Part shown: piece by piece, positions 23,431-33,904 of the stretch
Layout of the letters: every line of letters begins with the position of its first letter
How positions within the stretch are numbered: the stretch's first letter is position 1
From: Selaginella moellendorffii
Lineage: Eukaryota; Plantae; Lycopodiophyta
Direction: 5' to 3'
Assembly: GCF_000143415.4 (NCBI RefSeq)
Contig: NW_003314296.1
Coordinates: forward strand, 1,091,858 to 1,155,857
DNA length: 64,000 bases
The notes under the pieces: model-generated
Database searches by the model: none
Told to the model about the DNA's origin: nothing
The model's input: the letters and a program-made list of their open reading frames with translations, nothing else
Translations under genes and position numbers: made by a program

Positions 23431-24170
23431 CAGACTAAAATTTTTCTTCTCTTGTTTGTTCTAAAGCTCATGTTTGTTCTTTAGGATGACTTCTCCTCAC
23501 TTCCACCGGTCATTCCAGAAGACAATTCTCGGGTTGGTAGGAACTTTTCGTGTTCTTCTTAGAAAACCTTTTTTGTTTCAAGAGTGAGCTGCTCGATCAC
23601 TGCTCCCGAGCGAGCATTGGAGATCGATGACATGAAATCGTGAGTCTCTTGCCATTCTCCATCGTGAATGCCACCCCGAGCTCAACGCTTTTTCGGAAGG
23701 ATTTGCAGGTGCCTTGAGATGCAAATTCTTTTATCATCTTTTCTCAGAAGCTGTGATTCTTGTCCAGGTGTTGTCGTGGATTTGTTCTCGAAAGCGGAAG
23801 TTTTGCCAGAGCTCCACACGTTCTTTGTGAAAGCTATCTACAGTCTCGTATCCTGGAGAAAATGACTTGCCTGTCTATACTTCCAGACAGACCATCTGGC
23901 AAGATTAAGATCCTGATCCTGAACAAGCTCATGAGCTCGCTGCTTAGTTTGATCCACTGTATAGGTGGAAATCTCGGTGGTTTTTACAAACTTGGAGAAC
24001 TCCAAAGTAGTCGTCATTGACACGAACTACCTCTCATTTCGAAAGTTAACAGAGTTTGTCATCTCACAGAGCTCAAATCGTCAACGTGAGCTCCGGAACA
24101 AGCAGAGGATGTAAACCACCTTAAGATCTTACAAGCTTTTGCTTTCCAGGCTGGTGGACTTTATGGGAGA
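23430..24170. pseudogene. Deletion-collapsed copy of the methyltransferase-Tim10-SDR block
   Basis: Colinear, same-orientation fragments of 31100-33330. Confidence 0.8.
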
Positions 24171-24214
24171 TTGGCGGATTCGGTGCAGAGTCCTTGCAGC
24201 ATAGTAGGATGGCT

Positions 24215-24670
24215 ATCATGCACAGCATGGAGACGAAGAATCGGCTCCATCAATTGACGAAGATTGCGAACCGAGCACAGCGACTTTGGTTGTTGTTATT
24301 GAGTCTCGGCAGCAAAGGAGATGACAAAGGCAAGTTTGAGAAGTGATCGGAACTAATGGTGCTGGGATACACTGAAAGTGGTGAAGCCGAGAAGGCACTC
24401 AAGCTTTATTCGCAAATGATCGGCTCTTCGCCGGTCACGTCACTCTCCTCGCAGCAAAACCTTGCCGAGAAGGAGCAACTGAAGTCGCTCGAGGATTCGC
24501 ACAGCTTACACGACCACTGAGGTTTTTCGACACGGAACTTGACACCATGCTGGCAATTAAGCTGCTGGATTCTTACCCGAAGGTCGTTTATGTCTCGTAC
24601 ATCTGTAAAGAAGATTGGAGACAAAGTGATAGGCCCGATGTGACGGTGGATCCGCCTGCCATCGCATTTC
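24215..24670 (+). pseudogene. Degenerate PLS-type PPR fragment
   Basis: DCEPSTATLVVVI, MVLGYTESGEAEKALKLYSQM remnants. Confidence 0.65.
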
Positions 24671-24671
24671 T

Positions 24672-25865
24672 TTATTGACAGCAAGCTTGGATAACGCGAT
24701 TCCGAAACTCATGTTTCTCTGGTTTTATGTTTCTACGAGGCTGATAAAAAATTCTAGGCTTTGAAAATAAATCTGGTGTGAGCGTGAAGGCCGTCTTATA
24801 GTTATACTTGCTGCAGATACTCCATGAATTATTCTTGAAGAAGAAGGCCATCGGTGGAGAGACTGATAACATACTTGGTCGCACAACAACAGAATGCTTG
24901 ACAACAAAATACTCAAACTCAAGAGCGCCATTCTTCACCAAGTCACCCACGTAAACCTCACTCAAAAGTTTCCAATCTATTGTCTCCCTGTCGAGTTCCC
25001 ATGCAGCAGCAGACACCTTATAACCACCACTTATAGTTGACGAAACAAGAATCCACCTCCCATTGTAATCTACAATACAAGGCAGCCCACAACAGAAAAG
25101 ATTGCTTGGAAACTTCACCTTGACCCTGTCATAGCAACCTGAAACCTGATCAAACACAGCCACGTAAAGAAGATCAACCCGACCACCGGTGATCTTTAGC
25201 GACTGCCTGTTAGGTGATGCAAACATACTAGATCCCAGCCATGGTCCCTTGTCATCCGCAGCGAGATCATCAATGCTCTTCTTGCTTGTAAACTGGCAGC
25301 GCCGCCACTGCCTAGTGAGCGAATTGAATAGCCAGTAGTGATCAAAATCTGCAAGGAGAAACACCAGGACCTTGAAGTACCCTGTGCATGGATCCACAAG
25401 CAGTTTCCCCTCTTTCCTCGAGACCTCGTTCACCGGCGGCTTGGGGAGGCGACACCACGTCCCGGTAATCGGATTCCCAACCATGTAATATGGAAGGTGG
25501 TGTCTCTGGAGATTCACAAAATAGCCACACACCAGGCCGCAGGACGAGTCGGCAAATATCCTAAACCTGCAGCGTCCTTCACTCCAAGGACCTCTATTCT
25601 TCAAGCGCAAGGGCAACTTAAGATGGCGAGCCCTGTGGGGAGAATTACTAGTGGCCAAGATACGACAGAGAACGGAACTATTGTCTACAAACCACGACTC
25701 ATGCAACCGCGGCAAGCTTCTCCAGCGAGTGGCATCCTCAATGAGTGACTTCCAGCGCTTGCAGACAAGCTTGCAGCGGACAAGGTCTGGAATGGGGAGC
25801 CATGCCAAGATCCGGCAGACGCACTCGTCAGGTAGCTCCTCACACTCGAAACTCTCAGGAAACAT
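24672..25865 (-). CDS. F-box protein, intronless
   Basis: Intact ORF from MFPESFECEELPDECVCRILAWLP; paralog of 13270-14424. Confidence 0.9.
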   Translation of the reverse strand: MFPESFECEELPDECVCRILAWLPIPDLVRCKLVCKRWKSLIEDATRWRSLPRLHESWFVDNSSVLCRILATSNSPHRARHLKLPLRLKNRGPWSEGRCRFRIFADSSCGLVCGYFVNLQRHHLPYYMVGNPITGTWCRLPKPPVNEVSRKEGKLLVDPCTGYFKVLVFLLADFDHYWLFNSLTRQWRRCQFTSKKSIDDLAADDKGPWLGSSMFASPNRQSLKITGGRVDLLYVAVFDQVSGCYDRVKVKFPSNLFCCGLPCIVDYNGRWILVSSTISGGYKVSAAAWELDRETIDWKLLSEVYVGDLVKNGALEFEYFVVKHSVVVRPSMLSVSPPMAFFFKNNSWSICSKYNYKTAFTLTPDLFSKPRIFYQPRRNIKPEKHEFRNRVIQACCQ

Positions 25866-25940
25866 GAAAGCGAGGCAAACGCGCACATCTCGAAGCAAAA
25901 CAAGGCTTTTCCCTTTCCTCGTTAAACAGAGAGGAAGATA

Positions 25941-26014
25941 TAGCCTATGCAGGTTTCGAACCTGCGACCTTGGCGTTATTAGCAGCACGCTCTGACCAAC
26001 TGAGCTAATAGGCC
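25941..26014 (-). tRNA. tRNA-Ile(AAT), probably impaired (C:C in anticodon stem, G1:U72)
   Basis: GGCCTATTAGCTCAGTTGGTCAGAGCGTGCTGCTAATAACGCCAAGGTCGCAGGTTCGAAACCTGCATAGGCTA; A and B boxes intact. Confidence 0.8.
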
Positions 26015-26060
26015 TTAAACATTAAGTGCTTATCTATTGGTTGGAATTATGTAGTAGCAT

Positions 26061-27490
26061 ATGGCCGAGCTTCACTTGCCCGTGCTCGATCTTCTTCTCG
26101 TTAGGTCCAATCCACTTGTATTGCGATGCTTGCCGGCGATTCCAGTCGCAGCGCCCAGATGCCGCATTGCCCGTCTTGCCGCCAATGCCGCGTCTTCGTC
26201 CAAGAGGAAGAGAGATTTCTCGGTGGAGCAATGGACGGAGGAGGATTTGGAGGCCACCGCGGCCGCTCCCACCGTCGTGACCTCGATGATGAGCTTCTAC
26301 AACGCCATTGCGATTCTCGAGGTGCCCAGGGATTCGCCCAGTGAATTCGCGGGAGCTAGATTGCTGCTGCTGGATCAAACAGGTGAGCAATCTCTCTCAT
26401 CTATAGATCATTTGGTTCTTTTTGTGGTGATTGAGAGAGCTTTACGTCCCAATGTAGGAAATGTTCATAGTATTTACAAGGAGGATTCTGTGTGGGTCGG
26501 TTCATACTGGGTAAATAGCTTCCTTTCTTGAGGAGTGAAAAGCGAGTTATGACTTCTTTGTGTGATTGAAGGACGAGTTCTCCTCGCTTCCACCGATCAT
26601 TCCCAGAGGTCCCATTGCAATTCTAGGACTGGTAAGAGCTTTTCGATTTCTTCCTAGGTTTCCTGGTTTTTCTGTGTTTGATCATCAGGGCGGTGGTACA
26701 GCTGCACGATTGCTGCTCCACTTGTGGCCGGAGCGAGAATTGATAGGCTGGGAAATTGATGAGATCGTGAGTAACTCTTTGACACCGTCAATGCAAACTC
26801 TTACGTTGTTGAGGCTTGCAGCTAATTGACAAGGCAAGGGATTATCTCGGCTTGTCGGAGTTAGAAGGCAAAATCAAACACGGTGGAGGGCTTACAATTC
26901 ACATCGACGATGCTCTCTCGGATGCAAATGATCCCGAGGGTGGATTCGCAGGTAGCTCGCTGCAACCTCTCTTTTTTTATCTTCAACCTCACTTTTCTAC
27001 AGGCATTGTCGTCGATTTATTCTCAAATGGCGATGTTCTGCCAGTTCTCAAGGAGGTGAGAAACGAGTTTTAGTCTTTGCGGAGCATCAGATCACTGATA
27101 TCTTTTCCTGATTGTTACTTCCAGGCAGAGACATGGTTTAAGCTCAGGAAAAGACTAAGACCCGGGGGCCGGATCATGATCAACTGCGTAGAAGAGCAAA
27201 GACATGGACATGACGATGATGAAACTCTAGAGTCCACAATTACGGGCGAGAACCATGTTCTTTATGCGATGTCAAAGGCATTTCCAGGCGAGGTAAGACT
27301 TTTTTCTCCATTTCCTAATACTTAAAGCGCTTACGAGTTGAAGGAACCGCAGGTGAACTGGCGGAAGCTTGATCAAGTGAATAACAAGATGGCTTTCACG
27401 GGTCCCCTCCCCAATCTCTCACAGTGGTCTCAGGCTGTTCCCGAGAGGCTGCGAAAAGGGACACTACAGTGGAAGGCTTTCATACAGTGA
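26061..27490 (+). CDS. SAM-dependent methyltransferase, spermidine-synthase-like, 8 exons
   Basis: Inverted paralog of 2499-3927; LGL-GGGTAAR motif; TGA at 27488-27490. Confidence 0.85.
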
Positions 27491-27697
27491 AGAAAATGCC
27501 TCTTTTCACTTTTTCATTGTTGTTTCTGTCATAGTTTGCTAATCGATCAATCCATCTTTGGCTGGACAAGTGCAGGGTGGTTTTTCTTTTCTTCATCTGT
27601 TTCTCCAGGTGGCGAGTTCGCATCTACCTAGTACGAAAACGTTTACATTTGGAAATTGAGGCCCCAAAACTTAGGGTAATCTTCCGAGACGAACAAG

Positions 27698-28435
27698 ATG
27701 ATGGCTCTCAAGCGCAAAGCTGGCGAGGATGAAGCGTGCATCGCGAACAAGAAGGTGTGTGGGGGTGTAGGAGTCAGATTAGGAAAGCCATGGCAGAAAT
27801 GGGCCATTACCATTTGTACTCGTGAGCGAGGACTTGATGAAATAAAAGCATCTTCTCCTTGGAATGTATTCACTGATGGTTCCTTCGATAAAGAGTCGCT
27901 CTCGGCAGGGTACGGCGTCTACTTCCCGTCTGCAGAGGAGTCCCACAAAGGGACGGGCATGGCTGTGCAAATCCCGCAGGAGAACGGCTGGTGCAAAAAC
28001 GGGAACCCTATCGTCGACAGCCTCATCGTGTCTTCGCTCAACATGGAGGTTCTTGCGATACACGACTCCATCGCGGCGGTGCAGCTGTACAGGGCTCGAG
28101 GTTACTGGCAGTCCAACAAGCTGAATATCTACACGGACAGTTTGCAGTCGCTGAAGCTGTTGCAGTTTGCGCAGTGCCGGCCTGAGCACCCCGACTGCAT
28201 CCAGCTCAAGCCGCTCCTGCAGTGCATCGTTGACGCGGCAGCAAAGAGCGGGATGGAGATCCGGCTGTGCAAAGTCAAGGCGCACGACAAGGTATATGAG
28301 AATAATGTAGCGGACGGGCTCGCCAGGAGAGGGCGCCAACTCGAGGGGCGGAAGATCCAGTGGTTCCAGGTAGAAAGGTCTGCTAAGTCGACCAGTGATT
28401 GTGAAATTGTGAAATATAGTGAGATTAAAGTGTGA
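27698..28435 (+). CDS. Stand-alone ribonuclease HI, intronless
   Basis: FTDGS, AGYGVYF, MEVLAI, IYTDS, KVKAH, NNVADGLARRG give the full D-E-D-H-D set. Confidence 0.85.
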   Translation: MMALKRKAGEDEACIANKKVCGGVGVRLGKPWQKWAITICTRERGLDEIKASSPWNVFTDGSFDKESLSAGYGVYFPSAEESHKGTGMAVQIPQENGWCKNGNPIVDSLIVSSLNMEVLAIHDSIAAVQLYRARGYWQSNKLNIYTDSLQSLKLLQFAQCRPEHPDCIQLKPLLQCIVDAAAKSGMEIRLCKVKAHDKVYENNVADGLARRGRQLEGRKIQWFQVERSAKSTSDCEIVKYSEIKV

Positions 28436-28559
28436 TACATTAATAGCTATTTCTCTCCCTTTTTTTTGAAAAGGCTTGTTAACTACCAAACATTCAATAT
28501 AGTGATACATTAATAACTATTTCTCTTCCTTTTTCTTGAAAAGGTGTTAATTTTCTATA

Positions 28560-29375
28560 AAGTCACTATCCCAAATCTAAATCCAGTGTGCTGCAGAAAA
28601 TAGAGAAAAACAAGCTTTACCATGGATTTGTGAACTTAAGTTTGTCACCACAAGCACCATTTTGCTGTAAAGTCATTGTGTAATTAGTTCATTTGTCACG
28701 AAAAGCAGAACTTTGCTAAAAGTCACTGCGCAATTAGTACTAAGTTTGAATCCAAAGAGCTACAGAAAATAGAGAGTTCCAAGCTTTACCATGGCATTGT
28801 GCAATTCTAGCTCATCATGACAAGTAACATTTTGTTATAAAGTCATCAAGTGATTAGTCCAAAGTCTGAATCTAGCAAGCTACAAAAAATAAAGACGATC
28901 AAGTTTTACCATGGCCTCATGCTTGTCACCACAAACAGGGAGAAGCAAGCCTTACCATGGTGTTGTGCTCTTTCAACTTATCACCATAAGTAGCATTTTG
29001 CTTTAAAATCACTGTGTGATTAGTCTTAAGTCTTAATTCAATGAGCTGCAGAAAATAAAGAAGAGCAAGCTTTAATATGGTCCTATGCAATCTAACTCGT
29101 CACCACAAGTAGCATTTTGTTGTAATGTCACCACCAGATTAGTCTGCTCATCATGACAAATAACATATTGCTCCCAAATCTAAATCCAACAAGCTGTAGA
29201 AAATAGGGAAAAGCAAACTTACCATGGCTTTGTGCACTTCAAGCTCATGACCACAAGTAGTATTTTGCTATAAAGGCACAAAATGATTAGTCTAGAGTCT
29301 GAACTGAGCTACAAAAAATAAAGAGCAAGCCTTTATTATGGCCTCGTGCATTTATAGTTTGTCACCACAAGTATT
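28560..29375. repeat. Degenerate ~120-bp tandem repeat, about 7 units
   Basis: CAAGCTTTACCATGG-like core near 28611, 28780, 28900, 28946, 29066, 29214, 29326, each followed by a GTCACCACAAGTAGCATTTTG-like block. Confidence 0.85.
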
Positions 29376-29559
29376 TGTAAGACATAAATCCCAAAGTGGA
29401 ACCCTCATGTGGTAATGGCCAAAGGAAAAGCCTAATGAGTGAACACATTTAAATTAAAAACTCCAACTTAAAAAGTTGAGAGCTAGAGTGGAACTTTTAA
29501 AGAAATGCTTAAAGAATGAGCATAAAGCAAGTGGGGAATGAGTTTTGAAAAAGGCACAA

Positions 29560-29765
29560 AAAAATCAAAATAGAATTTGAGATGGAGTCTAAGATGGAGT
29601 CTAAGGAGTTTGAGATGAAACTCGAGATGGAGTCCGAGGCTAAATTTAAAATTGGATCCAAGATTAAAATTGAGTTTGGGACTAGGATTGGGACTAAAAT
29701 CAGGACCGAGACCAAATTTGAGTTCAAGTTCATGTTTAAGTCTAAATTCGAGTCCGAGGGTGAAA
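29560..29765. repeat. Degenerate hexamer-period simple repeat
   Basis: GAGATG/GAGTCT/GAGTTT/GAGTCC/AAGTTC units in 6-nt phase. Confidence 0.7.
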
Positions 29766-29933
29766 GCCCAAAATAATCATCTCCCAAGACCCTAAGGGAT
29801 TTAATGAATCCCTATAAGATAATAAAAAGATAGAACTAATTTGGTTAGAAAAAGCTAATGTGATAAAGAAGGTTATATTTACGTAGTGATATAACCACTA
29901 AGGAATCTAAAGCTACACTAGCATTCTTTCTGT

Positions 29934-30254
29934 CTATCCGGCCGCTAGAACCCTAAATCCCAAGATCGCCACCAGGAGATCCCATGCCTGCTTCGCTGAC
30001 GTCGTGTGCCACACCTGCATTAGTTGCCTGTCCTCGAGATGGAGCAAAATATTCGCTCGTGCTCTCGCGTCCTTCTTCTCAAACTCCAGGCGATCTTCCT
30101 TCCTGGCGGATTCTTCCGGCCGGGCCTCCGATCCGCTCACCACGCCCCACTGATCGTGTAGCACCAGCAGCATTTGCATCCTCATCTTCCAGACGTGGAA
30201 TCTGGCGCCGCCGAATCGCTCCACCAAGAACATCGACCCTTGCTCGTCCCTCAT
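29934..30254 (-). mobile_element. Ty1/Copia gag N-terminal fragment, open 106-aa ORF
   Basis: MRDEQGSMFLVERFGGARFHVWKMRMQMLL..KKDARARANILLHLEDRQLMQVWHTTSAKQAWDLL; no pol or paired LTRs seen. Confidence 0.8.
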
Positions 30255-30578
30255 CGGGAGAAATCTTTCCTCCCTGTACGAGCTCTCATCTCTGTGCGGG
30301 ATTTCTCGCGGAAATGCGGCCTCGGGAGCTTCGATCGGGAAGGATTTCGAGTTGTCAGCGACGGATTGGGGCGTGTCGAGGCTGGATTGCTCCTGGCGAA
30401 CGACAGGGGGAGCTTGTCGCGCCGGATCATCGCAAACAAATCTCCAGCAGTACCTGGCAGGCACACACACGAGAGATTTCGCAAGAAATTCACACGGCAT
30501 CGCGCGATTTCACCTTTCCATTCCTCTCTTCATCGAATCGAAGAGACGCAAAGAACAAGAGCCCTAAAACCAGTTAAC

Positions 30579-31992
30579 ATGCTACTCGCAATATTTGCTT
30601 GCTTTGTCTGGTGGCCTCTTTTCCCTTCCTCGAGCGATGGGGTCGCCATAGCCGGGTTCCCACTCTCACAGCTGCCCGTGGAGCTTCTTAGGGTAGTGAA
30701 TCCTCCATTGCGATGCTTGCCAGCGATCAATCCGCGTGGATGCCGCCTTGTTCTTGCGGCCAAGCCAGGGAGGGATGGGATTTCCTTGGAGGAGGGATGG
30801 ATCGAGGAAGATTTGGACGCCGCCGGCCCAGCGATTCTCGCGTCCTTGGAGAGCGACTACAATGCCATTGCGATCGTGGAGCTGCCGAGGGATTCGCTGG
30901 CTGATTTCGCTGGGGCAAGATTGCTGCTGCTCGATCAAACAGGTAGGCTAGGGATTATCGCTTTCTTTGTTCATGGATTTCTTGTGTGACTCGAGTCGTG
31001 CTAGGATCTTTGTCAATGTAGGAGATCCTCACAGCGTTTACATGGAGGATTCGATGTGGGTTGGATACTACTGGGTATAGAAATTCTCTTTCCTTTCTTT
31101 GTTCTTATGTAAGCTCATGTGTGTTCTTTAGGATGAGTTCTCCTCGCTTCCACCGATCATTCCGGAAGGTCCCATTGCAATTTTCGGATTGGTAAGAACT
31201 TTTCGTGTGCTTCTTCTTACAAAAATCTTTGTTTCAACAGGGAGGTGGCACTGCTGCTCGATTACTGCTCCATTTGTGGCCCCAGCGAGAATTGATAGGC
31301 TTTGAGATCGATGAACTCGTGAGTCTCTTGCATTTTCCATCCCCGGAGCTCAACCAGTTTTCATGCAGCTGATTGAAAAGGCGAGAAAATATCTTGGCCT
31401 GTCCGAGCTGGAAGGCGAGAATGAACATGGTGGCGGACTGAAAATTCATATCGGAGACGCTTTCTCGGATGCCAATGATCCCGACGGAGGATTTGCAGGT
31501 ACTGTGACATGCAAGTTCTTTTATCATCTTTTCTCAGAAGCTGTGATTCTTGTCCAGGCATTGTCGTGGATTTGTTCTCAAACGCGGAGGTTTTGCCAGA
31601 GTTGCACGAGGTAGAAACAACGTTATGGTCTTTGTGATCTCATAGTTTTAGTTCTTCCAGGTGGAGACATGGTTGAAACTCCGGAAGAGATTGAAACCGG
31701 GAGGCCGGATCATGATCAACTTCGTGGAGAAAAGGAAGCTCCATGGAGATCAAAACAAGCACAACATTCTACGTGCAATGTCTAAAGCATTTCCAGGCGA
31801 GGTAAAGCTTTCTCTTTGTTTTTCTCCTCTAGAGTTTGGAAACAAAACTCTCTCCAGGTGAACTGGCGAAAGATTGATCGAATTAACAACAAAATGGCTT
31901 TCACGGGTCCTCTCCCGGATCTCCAAAAATGGTCTCAGGCTCTTCCCGAGAGGCTACAAAAAGGCACACTCGAATGGAAAGCTTTCGATTGA
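30579..31992 (+). CDS. SAM-dependent methyltransferase, diverged paralog, 8 exons (start codon uncertain)
   Basis: Same exon structure; FGL-GGGTAAR, IVVDLFSN, RLKPGGRIMIN; the ATG used by the paralogs reads ATA here, an upstream in-frame ATG is at 30579. Confidence 0.8.
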
Positions 31993-32023
31993 CAAGCCTT
32001 CTCTCCGGAAAGAAAAAAAAAAA

Positions 32024-32431
32024 TCAATCTCGTCTCGGGGTGGAAAGAATCTGCCCGATAATCGCATTCACCTTCACACAACCAGCGTAAGCACAAGAGA
32101 GAAAAAAAGAGAGCTCTTTCGTGGAGCTGACTTGCCTGTTTATACTTTGAGACGCATCGATCAATGCAGGCCATCTCGCCAAGATTAAGATCCGGATCCT
32201 TGTAACTGTGAGCACAATCCATCCAAAAATGATTTTTTTTTTGGAAGTTTGAAGCTGAGAACTCACTTTTTTCCAATACATTTGTCGCAGCACATTTTGG
32301 TCATTCTGGATCACGGAAAAAAAATCCCCAATAAGCTCGCAGCTGGAACCAATCGAAGAGACTTACTTGGTGTTGAGCTCGACCCAATACCCCAGTTCCT
32401 CGATCACGCCAAGGTCCGTCGTCTTGCTCAT
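32024..32431 (-). CDS. TIM10: Mitochondrial small Tim chaperone Tim10-like, 4 exons
   Basis: Twin CX3C motifs CCDKC and CIDRC; YKDPDLNLGEMACIDRCVSKY; third intron is GC-AG. Confidence 0.85.
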
Positions 32432-32654
32432 TAGAAAGAAAGCTCTTATTAACGGAGAAACCCTAGCCCTAGATTCCAGGAGGCATATGCTTCCATTTGA
32501 AAACGGACAATTTTCGCCGGAAAACACGAAGCACCCTTTTTGTTCTTCCGCAAGATCTGTGTGGCCACGCGCTTTAAAGAACTCCTCGAGGATTTCTCGA
32601 TCACAACGATCTCCTGGAGGAGCTCGAAGAACGCTCTTCGAAGAACCTTGAGCC

Positions 32655-33796
32655 ATGGGCAGCAATCGGTGAGTGGTATTTCTCGTTTCTTCTCGCATCT
32701 CTAACTCCTGGATCGATTTTGCGCGATCGATCGAAGATGGTGGTCGAGAGAGACGATTGCCGTGGTGACTGGCAGCAACAAGGGGCTTGGATTGGCCATA
32801 GCTCGCGGTCTGGCCATGGAGGGCGTGACGACGATCCTGACTGCCAGAGACGAGCTCCGGGGCTGGGAAACCGTGGACTCGCTCAAACAAGACGAGAGAA
32901 TCGATCCATCGCTGATCCACTTCCACCGGCTGGACGTGACAAGCGCCTCGTCGATCCAGGAGTTTGCGAGATGGATCAAAACCAAGTTTGGTGGCTTGGA
33001 CATTTTGGTAAGAACAAGCTCGCGAGCTCACTGCTTAGTTTGATCCATTGTCAAGGTGAACAACGCGGGAATCTCGGGAGCTACTCCGGGAGCTCTCACA
33101 AACTTGGAGAACTCCAAAGCTGTGATTGACACGAATTACCTCGCAGTTCGAAAGCTCACAGAGAGTTTGATCTCGCTCATGCGTCCATCCTCTCACGGAG
33201 CCCGCATCGTCAACGTGAGCTCCGGAACAAGCCGATTGGATGTAAGCCTCCTTCTCCATCTTGAATCCTCCAAAGATCTTACAAACTTCGCCTTCCAGGC
33301 ACTGCAAAACCAAGCTCTCGCCCATAAGATCTCAAACATTGACGAGCTCTCGATGGAAGCCATCGACGAGATAGTCAAGGAGTACCTGGAGGACGTCGAG
33401 CACGGACGGGTCATCGAGAAGGGCTGGTCCAGGATGTTTGGAGCTTACGACTACTGCTTCTCCAAGATAGCTCTCAACGCCTACACGCGAGTTCTGGCGA
33501 GAGATCTCTCCAAACTTCCCGAGGGTCACAAGATCTTCGCCAACTGCATGTGTCCGGGGCTGGCCAGCACGGACATGTCCAGGAACAACGGGCACTCGGC
33601 CGAGGTTGGAGCGGACACGGCCATTTGGTTGGCGTTGCGGCCGGCGATAGAGTCGAGCTCGGGGCGATTCTTCTCCAAGAGGAACGACGTTGGGTTTGAT
33701 CGAATCCCCTTCTACATAGAAAACGTTGCCTACACTTCCGATCTGGAGGACTTCATGGAGTGTATCAGGAAGGTGGAAGCAGCAGCGAACTCGTAA
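32655..33796 (+). CDS. Short-chain dehydrogenase/reductase (carbonyl reductase / neomenthol dehydrogenase-like), 4 exons
   Basis: RWWSRETIAVVTGSNKGLG, VNNAG, VNVSS, YCFSK, CPG. Confidence 0.92.
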
Positions 33797-33904
33797 AAGC
33801 TGGAGAGAAAAAACAAAATGAAAGGAGAGTTAGAACCGAAAAAAAAAATGAACTTTTGCTTGGAAGACTTTCTCTGCCTGTAAAGGTCTCAAAGGTAAAT
33901 GTTA

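Larger units (their letters stand above)
22814..27920. repeat. Right arm of the inverted segmental duplication (pairs with 2059-7125)
   Basis: Reverse-complement match, from the first pseudouridine synthase codons (22814) into the RNase H ORF (27920). Confidence 0.95.

Noticed and set aside
25866-25988. N-terminal extension of the F-box ORF through the tRNA
   Set aside because: Starts at a non-ATG codon inside the tRNA and is not conserved in frame in the other copies
28560-29375. CRISPR-like array
   Set aside because: The whole unit is repeated and degenerate, there are no unique spacers or cas genes, and the context is eukaryotic
29509-29787. Low-complexity ORFs on both strands
   Set aside because: By-products of the hexamer repeat
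30555-30580. Primer-binding site or LTR end for the gag fragment (TGGTTTTAGGGC on -)
   Set aside because: Only 9/12 match to the tRNA-iMet PBS and no LTR pair is visible
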